From contig JAZPXL010000007.1 in the NCBI GenBank assembly GCA_045543615.1, positions 56,465-120,464 on the forward strand: a stretch of DNA of 64,000 nt, given 5' to 3'. This document shows positions 9,350 through 20,703 of the stretch, piece by piece. Position 1 is the first letter of the stretch. Each line of letters opens with the position of its first letter. Both the position numbers and the translations under genes were made by a program. This stretch comes from Eubacteriales bacterium. Lineage in GTDB: Bacteria > Bacillota > Clostridia > Oscillospirales > CAG-272. The notes below the pieces were generated by a model that was not told where the DNA came from, made no database searches, and saw nothing but the letters and a program-made list of their open reading frames with translations.

Positions 9350-9964
9350 GTGATAAATTTTCTTAAAAATCATTCATACAGTGCCGTAAGGCTCTTCGTC
9401 ACACAGATAGTTATTTCTGTGTTTGGACTGGCACTTGTTATTGCGACAGGTCAGAACAATACTCTGCAGATTATCGTCAGCTGTGCCGCAGTTGCTTTTT
9501 ACCTATTCCTCATATACGCTGCGATGTGGGATATAGGCTCAAAGGATTGTGTCAACATTGAGACGGGTAAGATAGAAAGACGACCGCTTACAGGTCTGTT
9601 CATCTCGCTGTTTGCTAACATCCCCAATTTCATCCTCGCAATACTTATTACAATCGGAATGCTGTTTGCAGACGGTGGAGCTATCTCAAACCTTGGTGCA
9701 ACAACAAGCTCGATAGCTCTCTGGGTTCAGGGAATGTATGTCGGACTTATGACAATCGACGTCGGTGGCGCACCTCTCAACTCTTATTTCTGGATGTACT
9801 TTGTAATCATCATTCCTGCAGTAGCAGTTGCTACGCTTGCCTACTTCCTTGGAAGCCGTGGAATTCACGCAACACGAATTCTCATAGCAGATACTCCTGA
9901 GGAGGCAGAGATCAAGAGAGAGAAGAAGAAAGCAAGAAAAAAGAGACGTGACGAAGGAAATTAA
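9350..9964 (+). CDS. Multi-pass membrane protein of unknown function
   Basis: GTG start after AAAGGA. At least five hydrophobic segments and a K/R/E-rich C-terminal tail. Start chosen downstream of the promoter at 9266-9294. Confidence 0.5.
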   Translation: MINFLKNHSYSAVRLFVTQIVISVFGLALVIATGQNNTLQIIVSCAAVAFYLFLIYAAMWDIGSKDCVNIETGKIERRPLTGLFISLFANIPNFILAILITIGMLFADGGAISNLGATTSSIALWVQGMYVGLMTIDVGGAPLNSYFWMYFVIIIPAVAVATLAYFLGSRGIHATRILIADTPEEAEIKREKKKARKKRRDEGN

Positions 9965-9974
9965 GTGTGAAGAA

Positions 9975-10592
9975 ATGTCTTATGAACATCTGATCTACGA
10001 TTTTGACGGTACGATATCTGATACATACCCCTGCTTTACAAAGGCTTTGCTTCGCTTACTTGCAGACTTTTCGCTTGAGGACACATATGAGGGAGCTTAT
10101 AAAAAGCTCAAGGTATCCGTTGGCTACGCTCTCTCAAGATACGATTTGCCTGTTTCGATGAAGGAGGCTGATGAGATTTTCACTCGCTATCACCACGAGC
10201 TTGTGCACACTCTTCAGATGCCGTTTTCCGAGGCAGAGGAAATATTGCGATATGCAATAGAGAGAGGAAAGAAGAATTATCTTTATACCCATTCCGGCAA
10301 GATTGCAACAAGCTTGCTACAAAAATGGGGACTATATGATTATTTTGATTACATAATTGATGCAACGCAGGGCTTCCCACTAAAGCCTGCACCCGATGCG
10401 CTCAACCATCTCTGCAAAATCCGTTCAATAGATCCGAGTACGGCACTTATGATTGGCGACAGAGACATAGATACCGATTGTGGACGAGCTGCCGGTATGA
10501 GTGGATGCTTGTTTGACACAGAGCATTATTATGACGAATGTGTATGCGAACATCGCATAGATAATTTACTTCAGTTAAAAACAATAATCTAA
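9975..10592 (+). CDS. HAD-superfamily hydrolase (phosphoglycolate phosphatase-like, subfamily IA)
   Basis: Motif I IYDFDGTISDT and motif IV-like MIGDRDIDTD. Start is uncertain (GTG 9948 or ATG 9975). Confidence 0.7.
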   Translation: MSYEHLIYDFDGTISDTYPCFTKALLRLLADFSLEDTYEGAYKKLKVSVGYALSRYDLPVSMKEADEIFTRYHHELVHTLQMPFSEAEEILRYAIERGKKNYLYTHSGKIATSLLQKWGLYDYFDYIIDATQGFPLKPAPDALNHLCKIRSIDPSTALMIGDRDIDTDCGRAAGMSGCLFDTEHYYDECVCEHRIDNLLQLKTII

Positions 10593-10618
10593 TATATATT
10601 CGAGAAAGGACGACTACT

Positions 10619-11671
10619 ATGTCAGAAAAGATCACAGCGTTAAAAAGTGAATTTTTCGCAAGACTTGAGGCTGCAAGTACAATTGCAGCACTCGAAGAGC
10701 TTCGTGTTGAGTATCTCGGTAAAAAAGGAAGCGTGACCGAGCTGCTTAAGGCGATGAAGGGCCTTGGCCCTGAGGAAAAGAAGGAGTTTGGCCAGCTTGT
10801 CAACATCCTTAAAACAGAGCTTACAGAGGCAATCGCTGCCAAGGCTGAGGTTCTCAAGAGAGAAGAGATCGAACGTGAGGTGGCTTCTATGCCCGAGTTC
10901 GATGTTTCAATGCCTGCAGTTCTTGATAGAGGCTCATTCCACCCCATCACACTCGTACAGCGTGAATGCGAAGCAATTTTCCGTTCAATGGGCTTTACGG
11001 TCGAGGATTACTCCGAGATTGTAAGTGACTATGAATGCTTTGAGTCTCTCAATATACCCAAACACCATCCCGCACGCGATATGCAGGATACCTATTATCT
11101 TACAAACGGTCAGCTTCTAAAGTCCCAGACCTCTGCGGCTCAGAATGCAATTTATCACAAGTACAGAAAGGCACTCATCGAGGACGGAGTTCCGATCAAG
11201 GCAATATTCCCCGGCAGATGCTTCCGTAACGAAGCAACCGATGCTTGCCACGAAAATACATTCTTCCAGATGGAAGGCGTTATGGTTGATAAGAATATCT
11301 CCATTTCAAACCTTATCTTCTTTATGAAGACAATGCTCTCCGAGGTATTCCGGAAGGACATCAATGTTCGTCTTCGCCCCGGCTTCTTCCCGTTTGTAGA
11401 ACCCGGCTTTGAGCTTGACATCAGTTGTCTTATATGTGGTGGTGAGGGTTGTCCCTCCTGCAAGCACAGTGGCTGGCTTGAGCTTTGTCCCTGTGGTATG
11501 ATTCACCCCGAGGTACTTCGTGCAGGTGGTATTGATCCCGACGAATATACAGGCTTTGCGTTCGGTCTTGGTATGACAAGACTTGCTATGATGAAGTACG
11601 GTGTAAAGGATATCCGTGACCTCAATAGTGGCAGCCTGCGCACACTTTCTCAGTTCAGAGAAGATAAATAA
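10619..11671 (+). CDS. pheS: Phenylalanine--tRNA ligase alpha subunit
   Basis: Full-length 350 aa with class II motifs (HPARDMQDTYY, FPGRCFRNE, GFAFGLGMTRLAM). Confidence 0.95.
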   Translation: MSEKITALKSEFFARLEAASTIAALEELRVEYLGKKGSVTELLKAMKGLGPEEKKEFGQLVNILKTELTEAIAAKAEVLKREEIEREVASMPEFDVSMPAVLDRGSFHPITLVQRECEAIFRSMGFTVEDYSEIVSDYECFESLNIPKHHPARDMQDTYYLTNGQLLKSQTSAAQNAIYHKYRKALIEDGVPIKAIFPGRCFRNEATDACHENTFFQMEGVMVDKNISISNLIFFMKTMLSEVFRKDINVRLRPGFFPFVEPGFELDISCLICGGEGCPSCKHSGWLELCPCGMIHPEVLRAGGIDPDEYTGFAFGLGMTRLAMMKYGVKDIRDLNSGSLRTLSQFREDK

Positions 11672-11691
11672 AGAAAGGAAGGCTTACGAAA

Positions 11692-14055
11692 ATGTTTTTA
11701 TCTATGAATTGGATCGGCGATTTTGTTGATCTTTCGGGTCTTGACAAGCTTTCCCTTATCCATCGTTTCTCACTCTCAACAGCTGAGGTTGAAAACGAGA
11801 TATTTATGAAGGGTAGCGACATAAACGGTATAGTTGTTGCAGAAATCAAATCGGTAGAGGAGCATCCCTCCTCCAGAAAACTCCATCTTCTCAAGGTTGA
11901 TATTGGTGAGGATGAGCTTGTTGACGTTGTCTGCGGCGCACCCAATGTTTTTGTAGGTGCAAAAGTGCCTTTTGCAAAGCTTGGCGCAACTCTGGGCGAG
12001 ATTACCATAGCTCCCCGCCAGCTTGCAGGCTTTACCTCCAATGGTATGTGCTGTTCTGAAAAGGAGATCGGTATCAGCGACAACAATGACGGACTTATGA
12101 TTCTTGATCCCTCCATCCCGAACGGAACTGATATCAAGACAATATTCGACATTGATGATATCGTGTTTGAGGTTGACAATAAGTCGCTTACAAACCGTCC
12201 TGACCTTTGGGGACATTATGGCATCGCTCGTGAGTTTGCAGCCCTTACCGGCAGACCTCTGAAGCCCCTTGATGTTGCAGACCTTGACGAGTTTTCCTCA
12301 CTTCCTGCTGTCGATATGAAGATTGAGGACAAGCTCTGCCAGCGTTATTCCTGCCTCCAGGTAGAGAATATCAAGCGAACTGTAAGCCCTGTTAATATGA
12401 GAATTCGTCTCTATTATTGTGGCCTTCGTGCAATTAACTTCCTTGCTGATATAACAAACTACATTATGCTTGAGATGGGTCAGCCGATGCACGCATTCGA
12501 CTCCCGTAAGGTAGAAAAGCTTCGTATTAAGAGATTTGATAAGCCCTTTGTGTTTAAAACTCTTGATGGCGTTGATAGGAACATCGACGAAGATATGCTT
12601 ATGATCTGCAACGGTGATATTCCCGTATGTATTGCAGGCGTTATGGGTGGTCTTGACTCCGAAATCGTTGAGAGCACAACAAAGCTGACACTTGAGTGCG
12701 CAACCTTTGACGCTGTCTCCGTTCGCAAAACAACTGTTCGTCTTGCTCACAGAACCGATGCATCGGTAAGATATGAGAAATGCCTTGACCCTGAGATGAC
12801 AACAACAGCTATTGCAAGATTTGTAAAGCTTATGCGTGACGCAGATCCCGAGGTTGTGGTCGTTTCTTCGCTCACAGACGAGTACGCATATAAGTATCCG
12901 GAGATTACATTCTCATTTGATAAGGCTTTTGTTGACAGATACACAGGTATCGACATTCCGAGTACCCAGATAGTTGATACACTTTCGGCACTTGGCTTTG
13001 GTATCTCACTTGCAGATGATACATTTACTGTTACAGTTCCGTCTTGGAGAGCTACCAAGGACGTAACAATGAAAGCTGACATCATCGAGGAGATTACAAG
13101 AATTTACGGTTACGATAACTTCGATATCCATACTGCAAACGCACCCCTTTATCCAATTCGTGTTGCTGCAGAGAAGAGCGTCGAAGAGCAGATCAAGGAT
13201 CTCCTTGTAAAGCGTTTCTCACTCCACGAGCTTCACTCTTACATCTGGACATACAATGATGAATATGAGGCACTCGGAATCGAGGTTGAGGACAATATCA
13301 AGCTTGTAAATGCTACAAACCCCAATATCGAAACAATTCGTCGTTCCATAGTTCCCACACAGCTCTGTCAGGTTAAGTACAACACGACGTTTGCGTCCGA
13401 GTTCGGTGTGTTTGAAATTGGTAGAGTGGTTGACGGCGTGAACGCAGAGACAGGACTTTGCAACGAACAGAAGAAGCTTGCGATCACACTCTATTCAAAG
13501 AACAAGAGCGTAGAGGAGCTCTACTTAGAGCTTTGTGGCATCGTTGCAGTTATGGCAGACGATATTAAGCATCTTCCCGTTCTCTTTGCTAAGAAGGAAG
13601 CTACTCACTCCTACGAGCATCCTCGCAACCTCAACTCAATTGTTTGTGGTGGCACGCAGATCGGTGAGATTGGCGTAGTTTATCCCACAGTATCAAAGAA
13701 GATTGACAAGAAGGCTGCCATCGTCTTTGCAGAGATAGATGTTGTAACATTCGCAGAGCTTAAGAAGAGTGCTCTCGTTTATGATGAGCCCTCAAAGTAT
13801 CCTGAAATGGATATCGACCTTACTTTCATTTGCGATACCTACGCACCCATAGGTGCAGCCGTTGCAGAAAACGGCGGCGCACTTGTAAAGGGTATCCGTG
13901 TTGTTGATACCTATAAGGATGAATCCGGCAAGTCGATTACTGTTCGTATAACATTTGCAGATAAGACCAGAACTCTCACAAGAGATGAGGTTATGGCTAT
14001 CGCAGAGCGTGTTATTGCTGCACTTGCAACACAGGGCATAGCTCTTAAGGGCTAA
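11692..14055 (+). CDS. pheT: Phenylalanine--tRNA ligase beta subunit
   Basis: 787 aa with tRNA-binding N-terminus, B3/4, B5 and FDX-ACB-like C-terminus. Sits immediately downstream of pheS. Confidence 0.95.
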   Translation: MFLSMNWIGDFVDLSGLDKLSLIHRFSLSTAEVENEIFMKGSDINGIVVAEIKSVEEHPSSRKLHLLKVDIGEDELVDVVCGAPNVFVGAKVPFAKLGATLGEITIAPRQLAGFTSNGMCCSEKEIGISDNNDGLMILDPSIPNGTDIKTIFDIDDIVFEVDNKSLTNRPDLWGHYGIAREFAALTGRPLKPLDVADLDEFSSLPAVDMKIEDKLCQRYSCLQVENIKRTVSPVNMRIRLYYCGLRAINFLADITNYIMLEMGQPMHAFDSRKVEKLRIKRFDKPFVFKTLDGVDRNIDEDMLMICNGDIPVCIAGVMGGLDSEIVESTTKLTLECATFDAVSVRKTTVRLAHRTDASVRYEKCLDPEMTTTAIARFVKLMRDADPEVVVVSSLTDEYAYKYPEITFSFDKAFVDRYTGIDIPSTQIVDTLSALGFGISLADDTFTVTVPSWRATKDVTMKADIIEEITRIYGYDNFDIHTANAPLYPIRVAAEKSVEEQIKDLLVKRFSLHELHSYIWTYNDEYEALGIEVEDNIKLVNATNPNIETIRRSIVPTQLCQVKYNTTFASEFGVFEIGRVVDGVNAETGLCNEQKKLAITLYSKNKSVEELYLELCGIVAVMADDIKHLPVLFAKKEATHSYEHPRNLNSIVCGGTQIGEIGVVYPTVSKKIDKKAAIVFAEIDVVTFAELKKSALVYDEPSKYPEMDIDLTFICDTYAPIGAAVAENGGALVKGIRVVDTYKDESGKSITVRITFADKTRTLTRDEVMAIAERVIAALATQGIALKG

Positions 14056-14067
14056 ACACTAAGAATA

Positions 14068-14105
14068 AAGAAACATCCCGAAGCGAAAGCTTCGGGATGT
14101 TTCTT
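14068..14105. terminator. Bidirectional rho-independent terminator
   Basis: aagaaacatcccgaagc-gaaa-gcttcgggatgtttctt is a perfect 17-bp stem between convergent pheT and gdhA. Confidence 0.85.
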
Positions 14106-14120
14106 GTATATAGTAGATAA

Positions 14121-15596
<1,476 letters not shown>

Positions 15597-18050
15597 TTAT
15601 TCAGATGTCACAGGTAGAAAAACGACTTCCCCGCTCCTATCATCAATGTCGCACAACAGCCTGCCTGACAACTCGCCTTTGCTATCAACGATCATTTGTG
15701 AAAGTGGCGTTTCAACCATCTGTCCGATGTGTCGACGAAGATTTCTTGCTCCCGTATTATCCGTGCAGGACATTCGGCAAAGCGTTTTTATCAGGGGGTC
15801 GCTAAAGGAAAGAGATATTCCATTTTGCAGAGCGCGAAAAGCGAGGGCGTCAAGGTGTTTTTTGCAGATGATTTCAAGGCTTTCGAAGGAGAGAGGGGAG
15901 AAATAGATACAATCGTCAATACGGTCGAGAAATTCAGGACGAAATGTTTCTTCAAGCGCACGCCTCACCCTTGCCATTTCTTTCTCCTGTTCATCAGATA
16001 TTTCACTAACAAAACCGAGAGAAGAGCCTTTTTTGTGCACTGCACCCACATTTGAGGTCATAATCAAAACCGTGTTTTTGAAGCTGACGGCTCTCCCCTC
16101 GGAATCACTAAGCACTCCGTCCTCAAGAACACTCAAGAGAAGATTGTAAATATCGGGGTGTGCTTTTTCTATCTCATCAAGCAAAATTACAGAATACGGA
16201 TGCCTCCGAACACGTTCTGTAAGCTGTCCGCCTTCACCATACCCGACATAACCGGGAGGTGAGCCTATGAGACGGGAAACGCTGTGCTTTTCCATATATT
16301 CGGACATATCAAGCCGTATGAGGAATTTTGTGCTACCAAAAAGCTCCTCTGCAAGTACCCTGCAGGTTTCAGTTTTGCCAACACCACTTCTGCCAATGAA
16401 CAGAAAAGAACCGATAGGTCCGCTCTCGCGCTTGATGCCTGTGCGAGCGCGAATTATGCAATCTGCTAATGCACGGCACGCCCTCTCCTGACCAATCACA
16501 CGATAGGTGAGCCTCTCGTAAAGCGAGGCGAGCTTTTGACTTTCGTCAGCATTTATGCTTGATACAGGTATGCCCGTCGATGCTGTTAAAACTAAGGCGA
16601 TATCAAGTGCAGTAAGCACAGGCTGCTCGTCTTTGCTATCAGTTGTTTCTCTCAGCCGTTCACACTTCTCTCGCAACTGCTTTTCCTCGTCACGCAGGGA
16701 TGCGGCAAGCTCATAGTTCTGTGTTGTTATAGCAAGCTCTTTTTCGTGAGAAACTGACTTGAGCCTACCCTCAAGACTGCGCATTTCTTCAGGAGGTGAA
16801 TGAAACTCGGCAGAAAGACCACTCGCTGCTTCGTCAAGAAGATCGATTGCCTTGTCTGGCAGAAACCTGTCATTAATATATCGAACAGAGAGTGCAACTG
16901 CCGCCTCTATCGCCTCATCTGAGATCTTCAGCCGATGATGCGCTTCGTAACGCTTGCGAAGAGAGCGCAGAATTGAAATAGTAATCTCTGCGCTCGGTTC
17001 TGTGAGAACAACGGGCTGAAAACGTCTTTCAAGAGCGGCATCTTTTTCAATATACCTGTGGTACTCCGTGTGAGTGGTGGCCCCGATAATCTGCATCTCT
17101 CCTCGTGCAAGCGCAGGCTTGATGATGTTAGCGGCATCAATAGCACCTTCTGCAGCACCGGCTCCGACTATCGTGTGTAATTCATCAATAAACAAAATAA
17201 TGTTCTCGTTCTTTTTCACTTCGTCCATCACGGCTTTGAGTCTGTCCTCAAATTCGCCACGGTATTTTGCGCCTGCTATCATACTCGGCAGATCAAGCGT
17301 AACTATTCGTTTGTTCTCAAGTCTATCAGGAACATTTCCCTCAAATATGCGCACAGCAAGACCTTCAACAACTGCTGTTTTTCCAACACCCGGCTCACCG
17401 ATAAGACAGGGATTATTCTTTTGTCGACGGCAGAGAATACGGATGACTCTCTCAGTTTCACTATCCCTGCCAACAATCGTATCAATTTCACCACGCTCTG
17501 CCATTGCGCTCAGATCTCGTCCGTATTTGGCGATATTGGGGACATTACCAAGAGAGCTTGATGGCGAGAGCGAACGGGATGAGCTTGTAAGAGAAGAAAA
17601 ATCCCTGAGAGTTTCAAGAAAAGACGAGATGTCTTGACGAATATCTGTTACTCGAACACCTATCTCTTCAAGAATTCTGACAGCTACACAATTTCCCTCT
17701 TCGAGAATAGCAAGTAACAGGTGTTCGGTTCCGATATAACCGTGAGTGTACCTGGAAGAAATTAAAGCTGATTCTTCGATGATTTTCTTTGTCCGTGGTG
17801 TCATATCTGACGGCAAAAGAACGGTCGGCTCTCCCACTCCTGCAAGCTCACAGATGCGTTTTTTGACTATCTCTTTGTCGCATCCACGAGCATATAAAAG
17901 CTTTGAGGCAACAGAGTCGCTTACAAATAAAAGACCGAGCAGAAGATGTTCTGAGCCGATATATGAATGTCCAAGTTCTTTGGCAGTGCTGAGTGCGCTG
18001 TTAAGTGCGCTTTGTGCCATTTGCGTAAAATTGCTTTTCATATCCACCAT
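15597..18050 (-). CDS. clpC: ATP-dependent Clp protease ATP-binding subunit ClpC
   Basis: Clp_N repeats, two AAA modules (GEPGVGKTA; GRSGVGKTE), UVR-like linker, ClpP-docking LGF loop. Start may be Met1 or Met4. Confidence 0.9.
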   Translation of the reverse strand: MVDMKSNFTQMAQSALNSALSTAKELGHSYIGSEHLLLGLLFVSDSVASKLLYARGCDKEIVKKRICELAGVGEPTVLLPSDMTPRTKKIIEESALISSRYTHGYIGTEHLLLAILEEGNCVAVRILEEIGVRVTDIRQDISSFLETLRDFSSLTSSSRSLSPSSSLGNVPNIAKYGRDLSAMAERGEIDTIVGRDSETERVIRILCRRQKNNPCLIGEPGVGKTAVVEGLAVRIFEGNVPDRLENKRIVTLDLPSMIAGAKYRGEFEDRLKAVMDEVKKNENIILFIDELHTIVGAGAAEGAIDAANIIKPALARGEMQIIGATTHTEYHRYIEKDAALERRFQPVVLTEPSAEITISILRSLRKRYEAHHRLKISDEAIEAAVALSVRYINDRFLPDKAIDLLDEAASGLSAEFHSPPEEMRSLEGRLKSVSHEKELAITTQNYELAASLRDEEKQLREKCERLRETTDSKDEQPVLTALDIALVLTASTGIPVSSINADESQKLASLYERLTYRVIGQERACRALADCIIRARTGIKRESGPIGSFLFIGRSGVGKTETCRVLAEELFGSTKFLIRLDMSEYMEKHSVSRLIGSPPGYVGYGEGGQLTERVRRHPYSVILLDEIEKAHPDIYNLLLSVLEDGVLSDSEGRAVSFKNTVLIMTSNVGAVHKKGSSLGFVSEISDEQEKEMARVRRALEETFRPEFLDRIDDCIYFSPLSFESLEIICKKHLDALAFRALQNGISLSFSDPLIKTLCRMSCTDNTGARNLRRHIGQMVETPLSQMIVDSKGELSGRLLCDIDDRSGEVVFLPVTSE

Positions 18051-18102
18051 TCCAATTTAGAATTATATATTATTCTATAACAGAATGGCGTGATATTATT
18101 CG

Positions 18103-18627
18103 TTATTCATAGAGATGGAGAGAATCAAAAACACGCACTAGCGCATTCCAGGTCAGCTTATCTGTGACTCCTGTGACAGGTAACAGATACCTCTCCTGAA
18201 ACCGCCGTACAGCCTCCGTGGTTTCCTTACCGTATCTTCCTGTTATCTCAACCTCTTCTAAGGGAAAAAGAATACTGAGCTTGCCAAGAATATACTGAAG
18301 AACTGATACTGTAAAGTTCTCGTCACCCTCGTAAAGCTTATACCCCACAGGATCTGTCGGGAAAATGTCGGGCCTTAGTGGAGGTGAGTTTTCTTCAAGA
18401 GATAACAAATAATCCTCATAAAGTGCCTCCCAGGTCTCAAGGTCGGCAACCCCACTTACCTCAAGCCCTCGCTTGCGCTGATAGGCTCGTATTGCATCGG
18501 TTGTGTCATCTCCCTTTATGCCATCAATGGGAACTGTGGGTATGTCCGAATCAAAATATGATAGCTGTCGCAGATATTTCTGCAGATTGCGACGAGCCTC
18601 CCTCTCATTTCTGTTGTTAGTCGCCAT
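18103..18627 (-). CDS. Protein with two peptidoglycan-binding (PG_binding_1) repeats
   Basis: Two repeats of the pattern LQ.yL......p.v..dG..g..T..Av..fQ....l...G..d..TW.aL. Confidence 0.7.
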   Translation of the reverse strand: MATNNRNEREARRNLQKYLRQLSYFDSDIPTVPIDGIKGDDTTDAIRAYQRKRGLEVSGVADLETWEALYEDYLLSLEENSPPLRPDIFPTDPVGYKLYEGDENFTVSVLQYILGKLSILFPLEEVEITGRYGKETTEAVRRFQERYLLPVTGVTDKLTWNALVRVFDSLHLYE

Positions 18628-18635
18628 AACTCCTC

Positions 18636-20042
18636 CTAATCAATCTCAAATCCCGGATACTGGCCGCCAAGCAATCTGTCTGCTGCACTTACATCATCAA
18701 AAATATTAATAATTTCATCCCACGTTACAGCATCCACAACTCCGTTTTTAAGATTTGTGCCGAAAAGCTCTTGAAAAGCTATGACAGACGCCTCTGTTTG
18801 CGAGCCGAAATATCCGGTTGTGCTTACCGCTCGGATTTCGGGGTAGCTTTCGGCAATTCTGTTTAAATATCGTTGAAGAAGCAGAACATCCTCGCCCTCG
18901 CTTCCAACTCTAAGCTGAACGCCACCGAAAGGCACGCCCGATGCCTCCACGTATTGCAGAGGAATGCTTGCCACAATTCCAAGATATGCGTTATAAAGCT
19001 TGTTCCAAGTAAGCTCACCAACAACACCGTCAGGCTCAAGTCCAAAGGTTTCTTGGACGGCAATAACTGCGTTCTCTGTTTCACTTCCAAATATCCCGTC
19101 TCTTGCAACGGAAGGTATGGATGGGTAGTAATTGGAAACATAATTAATATAATACTGAAGATTCTCGACAGCGTTACCGAATGAGCCAACCCTCAGTACA
19201 TCGGGGAACTCTTGCGTTACCTCAAACAGAGATACTCCCTCTGAATCAAGCTCATTGAGTCTCTTGACAGCGTTATAGTAGAAGAGAACTGCATACCAGG
19301 TTGCTTTTCCTACAATTCCATCAACAGTTATGCCTGCAATATTCTGAAATGCTCTTACTGCGGCCTCTGTGTCATCGGTGAAAATCCCGTCCGTCAAAGC
19401 AATTTTCGGAATTGCAGGATAATTTTTCGAGATCCTGTTCAAACGAATTTGCAGAGTGCGAACATCGTTGTTTGTCGAGCCTTGACGCAGAGGGATGTTC
19501 GGAGCCGACGGAGTGACATTTTCGATAGGAACATCACTTACAATGTTTATGTCGTTTCCATAATAATACTGCAATATCTCATACGGCGTCAGTCCACTCT
19601 CGGCTAAACCAACTGTGCCCCATTGCTCAAGACCGTTACAGCGAACTTCGTCTCCGTCACAATATTGCGTAAAATATGGCTCAACCGTGCCTTGTCTTAC
19701 AACATAGCTATTGAAAAGCTCGCTTGCAAGCTCCCTAATGTTTGAATAAATTTCCCGACCGGCTATAAACGATTGATCGTTTGTGGTCGAATTTGTGATG
19801 TCGAAATTGTAGCCTCTTGTTCGGTAATACTCTGTGTAAATTCGGTTTAGCGCAAAGCTGATTTGCGCATACATATTTGCCCTGATTGCATTCTCAGGCC
19901 AGGTAGGGTAGATCTCACTTGATGCTACATTTGCGACGTATTCAATAAACGGTACAGTCACATTTGGCGCATTCTGATTAGCTCGCCCAAGGTGAACGGT
20001 GATGTATTCGGGAATGGTGGGAAGAGAAGCAGGGTTATTCAT
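18636..20042 (-). CDS. SleC-like spore cortex-lytic enzyme core followed by three PG_binding_1 repeats
   Basis: N-terminal block PEYITVHLG...VPFIEYVANVASSEIYPTWPENAIRANMYAQISFALNRIYTEYYRTRGYNFDITNST resembles the SleC catalytic region as I recall it, followed by three PG-binding repeats. Confidence 0.65.
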   Translation of the reverse strand: MNNPASLPTIPEYITVHLGRANQNAPNVTVPFIEYVANVASSEIYPTWPENAIRANMYAQISFALNRIYTEYYRTRGYNFDITNSTTNDQSFIAGREIYSNIRELASELFNSYVVRQGTVEPYFTQYCDGDEVRCNGLEQWGTVGLAESGLTPYEILQYYYGNDINIVSDVPIENVTPSAPNIPLRQGSTNNDVRTLQIRLNRISKNYPAIPKIALTDGIFTDDTEAAVRAFQNIAGITVDGIVGKATWYAVLFYYNAVKRLNELDSEGVSLFEVTQEFPDVLRVGSFGNAVENLQYYINYVSNYYPSIPSVARDGIFGSETENAVIAVQETFGLEPDGVVGELTWNKLYNAYLGIVASIPLQYVEASGVPFGGVQLRVGSEGEDVLLLQRYLNRIAESYPEIRAVSTTGYFGSQTEASVIAFQELFGTNLKNGVVDAVTWDEIINIFDDVSAADRLLGGQYPGFEID

Positions 20043-20484
20043 CGCGCTCTCCTCTGAGCCTCTCGCCCGTCACAGAGTCGAATAAGAACACTCCGTCTTT
20101 TGTATAAGCGTCATTTGTTCCGTCCTCAGGCAGAGGAACGAGATCTGCTGTCTGAACCGAAGTGATTGAGTCAAATATTACAATCCCTGAATAGAGATTT
20201 GAATAATATCCCGGCATTGATACCTCGGCATCATAACTTGCGTAGGGCTTTATGTCCGATGGCGTATTGGCAGAGAGACGAGGAGGAGCAGGAAGAGCAA
20301 TAAGCGGAACGGAGCCACTTTGATCAGTCAGAAAGGAAATAATAGCATCCCCGCCCTCGCCACGTTCTCTTATGGTAACGAGAGCGCCCTCAAGTGGAAT
20401 AGCACCCGATGCAGTGCGCACAAGAAATCGCAGGTATCCCTTTGGTGATGATGGGTTTATTTGTGCATTGTCTTGATTATTCAA
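20035..20484 (-). CDS. SleC N-terminal pro-domain-like protein (carboxypeptidase-regulatory-like fold), separate ORF
   Basis: TTG start 9 nt after GGAGG. GYLRFLVRTASGAIPLEGALVTI...SMPGYY resembles the N-terminal region of clostridial SleC. Overlaps the next ORF by 8 nt (ATGAATAA). Confidence 0.55.
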   Translation of the reverse strand: MNNQDNAQINPSSPKGYLRFLVRTASGAIPLEGALVTIRERGEGGDAIISFLTDQSGSVPLIALPAPPRLSANTPSDIKPYASYDAEVSMPGYYSNLYSGIVIFDSITSVQTADLVPLPEDGTNDAYTKDGVFLFDSVTGERLRGERDE

Positions 20485-20542
20485 TTCGTAAAACCTCCAA
20501 TGCTTTTTTAATAATTCTATGCAACGAAGGGATCTGTGACAC

Positions 20543-20606
20543 AAAAGCCCACCTTTACGGTGGGCTTGAGTAAAAAAGAAAAGGTCCGGGTCAAAAGACC
20601 CGAACC
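20543..20606 (-). terminator. Two tandem rho-independent terminators downstream of tRNA-Leu
   Basis: Minus strand: GGTTCGGGTC-TTTT-GACCCGGACC + TTTTCTTTTTT, then AAGCCCACC-GTAAA-GGTGGGCTTTT. Confidence 0.8.
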
Positions 20607-20607
20607 G

Positions 20608-20694
20608 TGGTGCCGGTAGCCGGAGTCGAACCGGCACGCCATCGCTGGCGGTGGATTTTGAGTCCACTACGTCTACCAATTCCATCATACCGGC
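20608..20694 (-). tRNA. tRNA-Leu (anticodon CAA), class II with long variable arm, CCA encoded
   Basis: Hand-folded: acceptor GCCGGTA/TACCGGC, anticodon stem GTGGA/TCCAC with loop CTCAAAA, variable arm GCCA-GCGA-TGGC, T arm GCCGG-TTCGACT-CCGGC, 3' ACCA. Confidence 0.9.
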
Positions 20695-20703
20695 GCGCTT
20701 AAA

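Noticed and set aside
10593-10618. Expected T-box riboswitch upstream of pheS.
   Set aside because: Only 26 nt are available, and no specifier/antiterminator-like sequence is visible. Reported instead as an absence.
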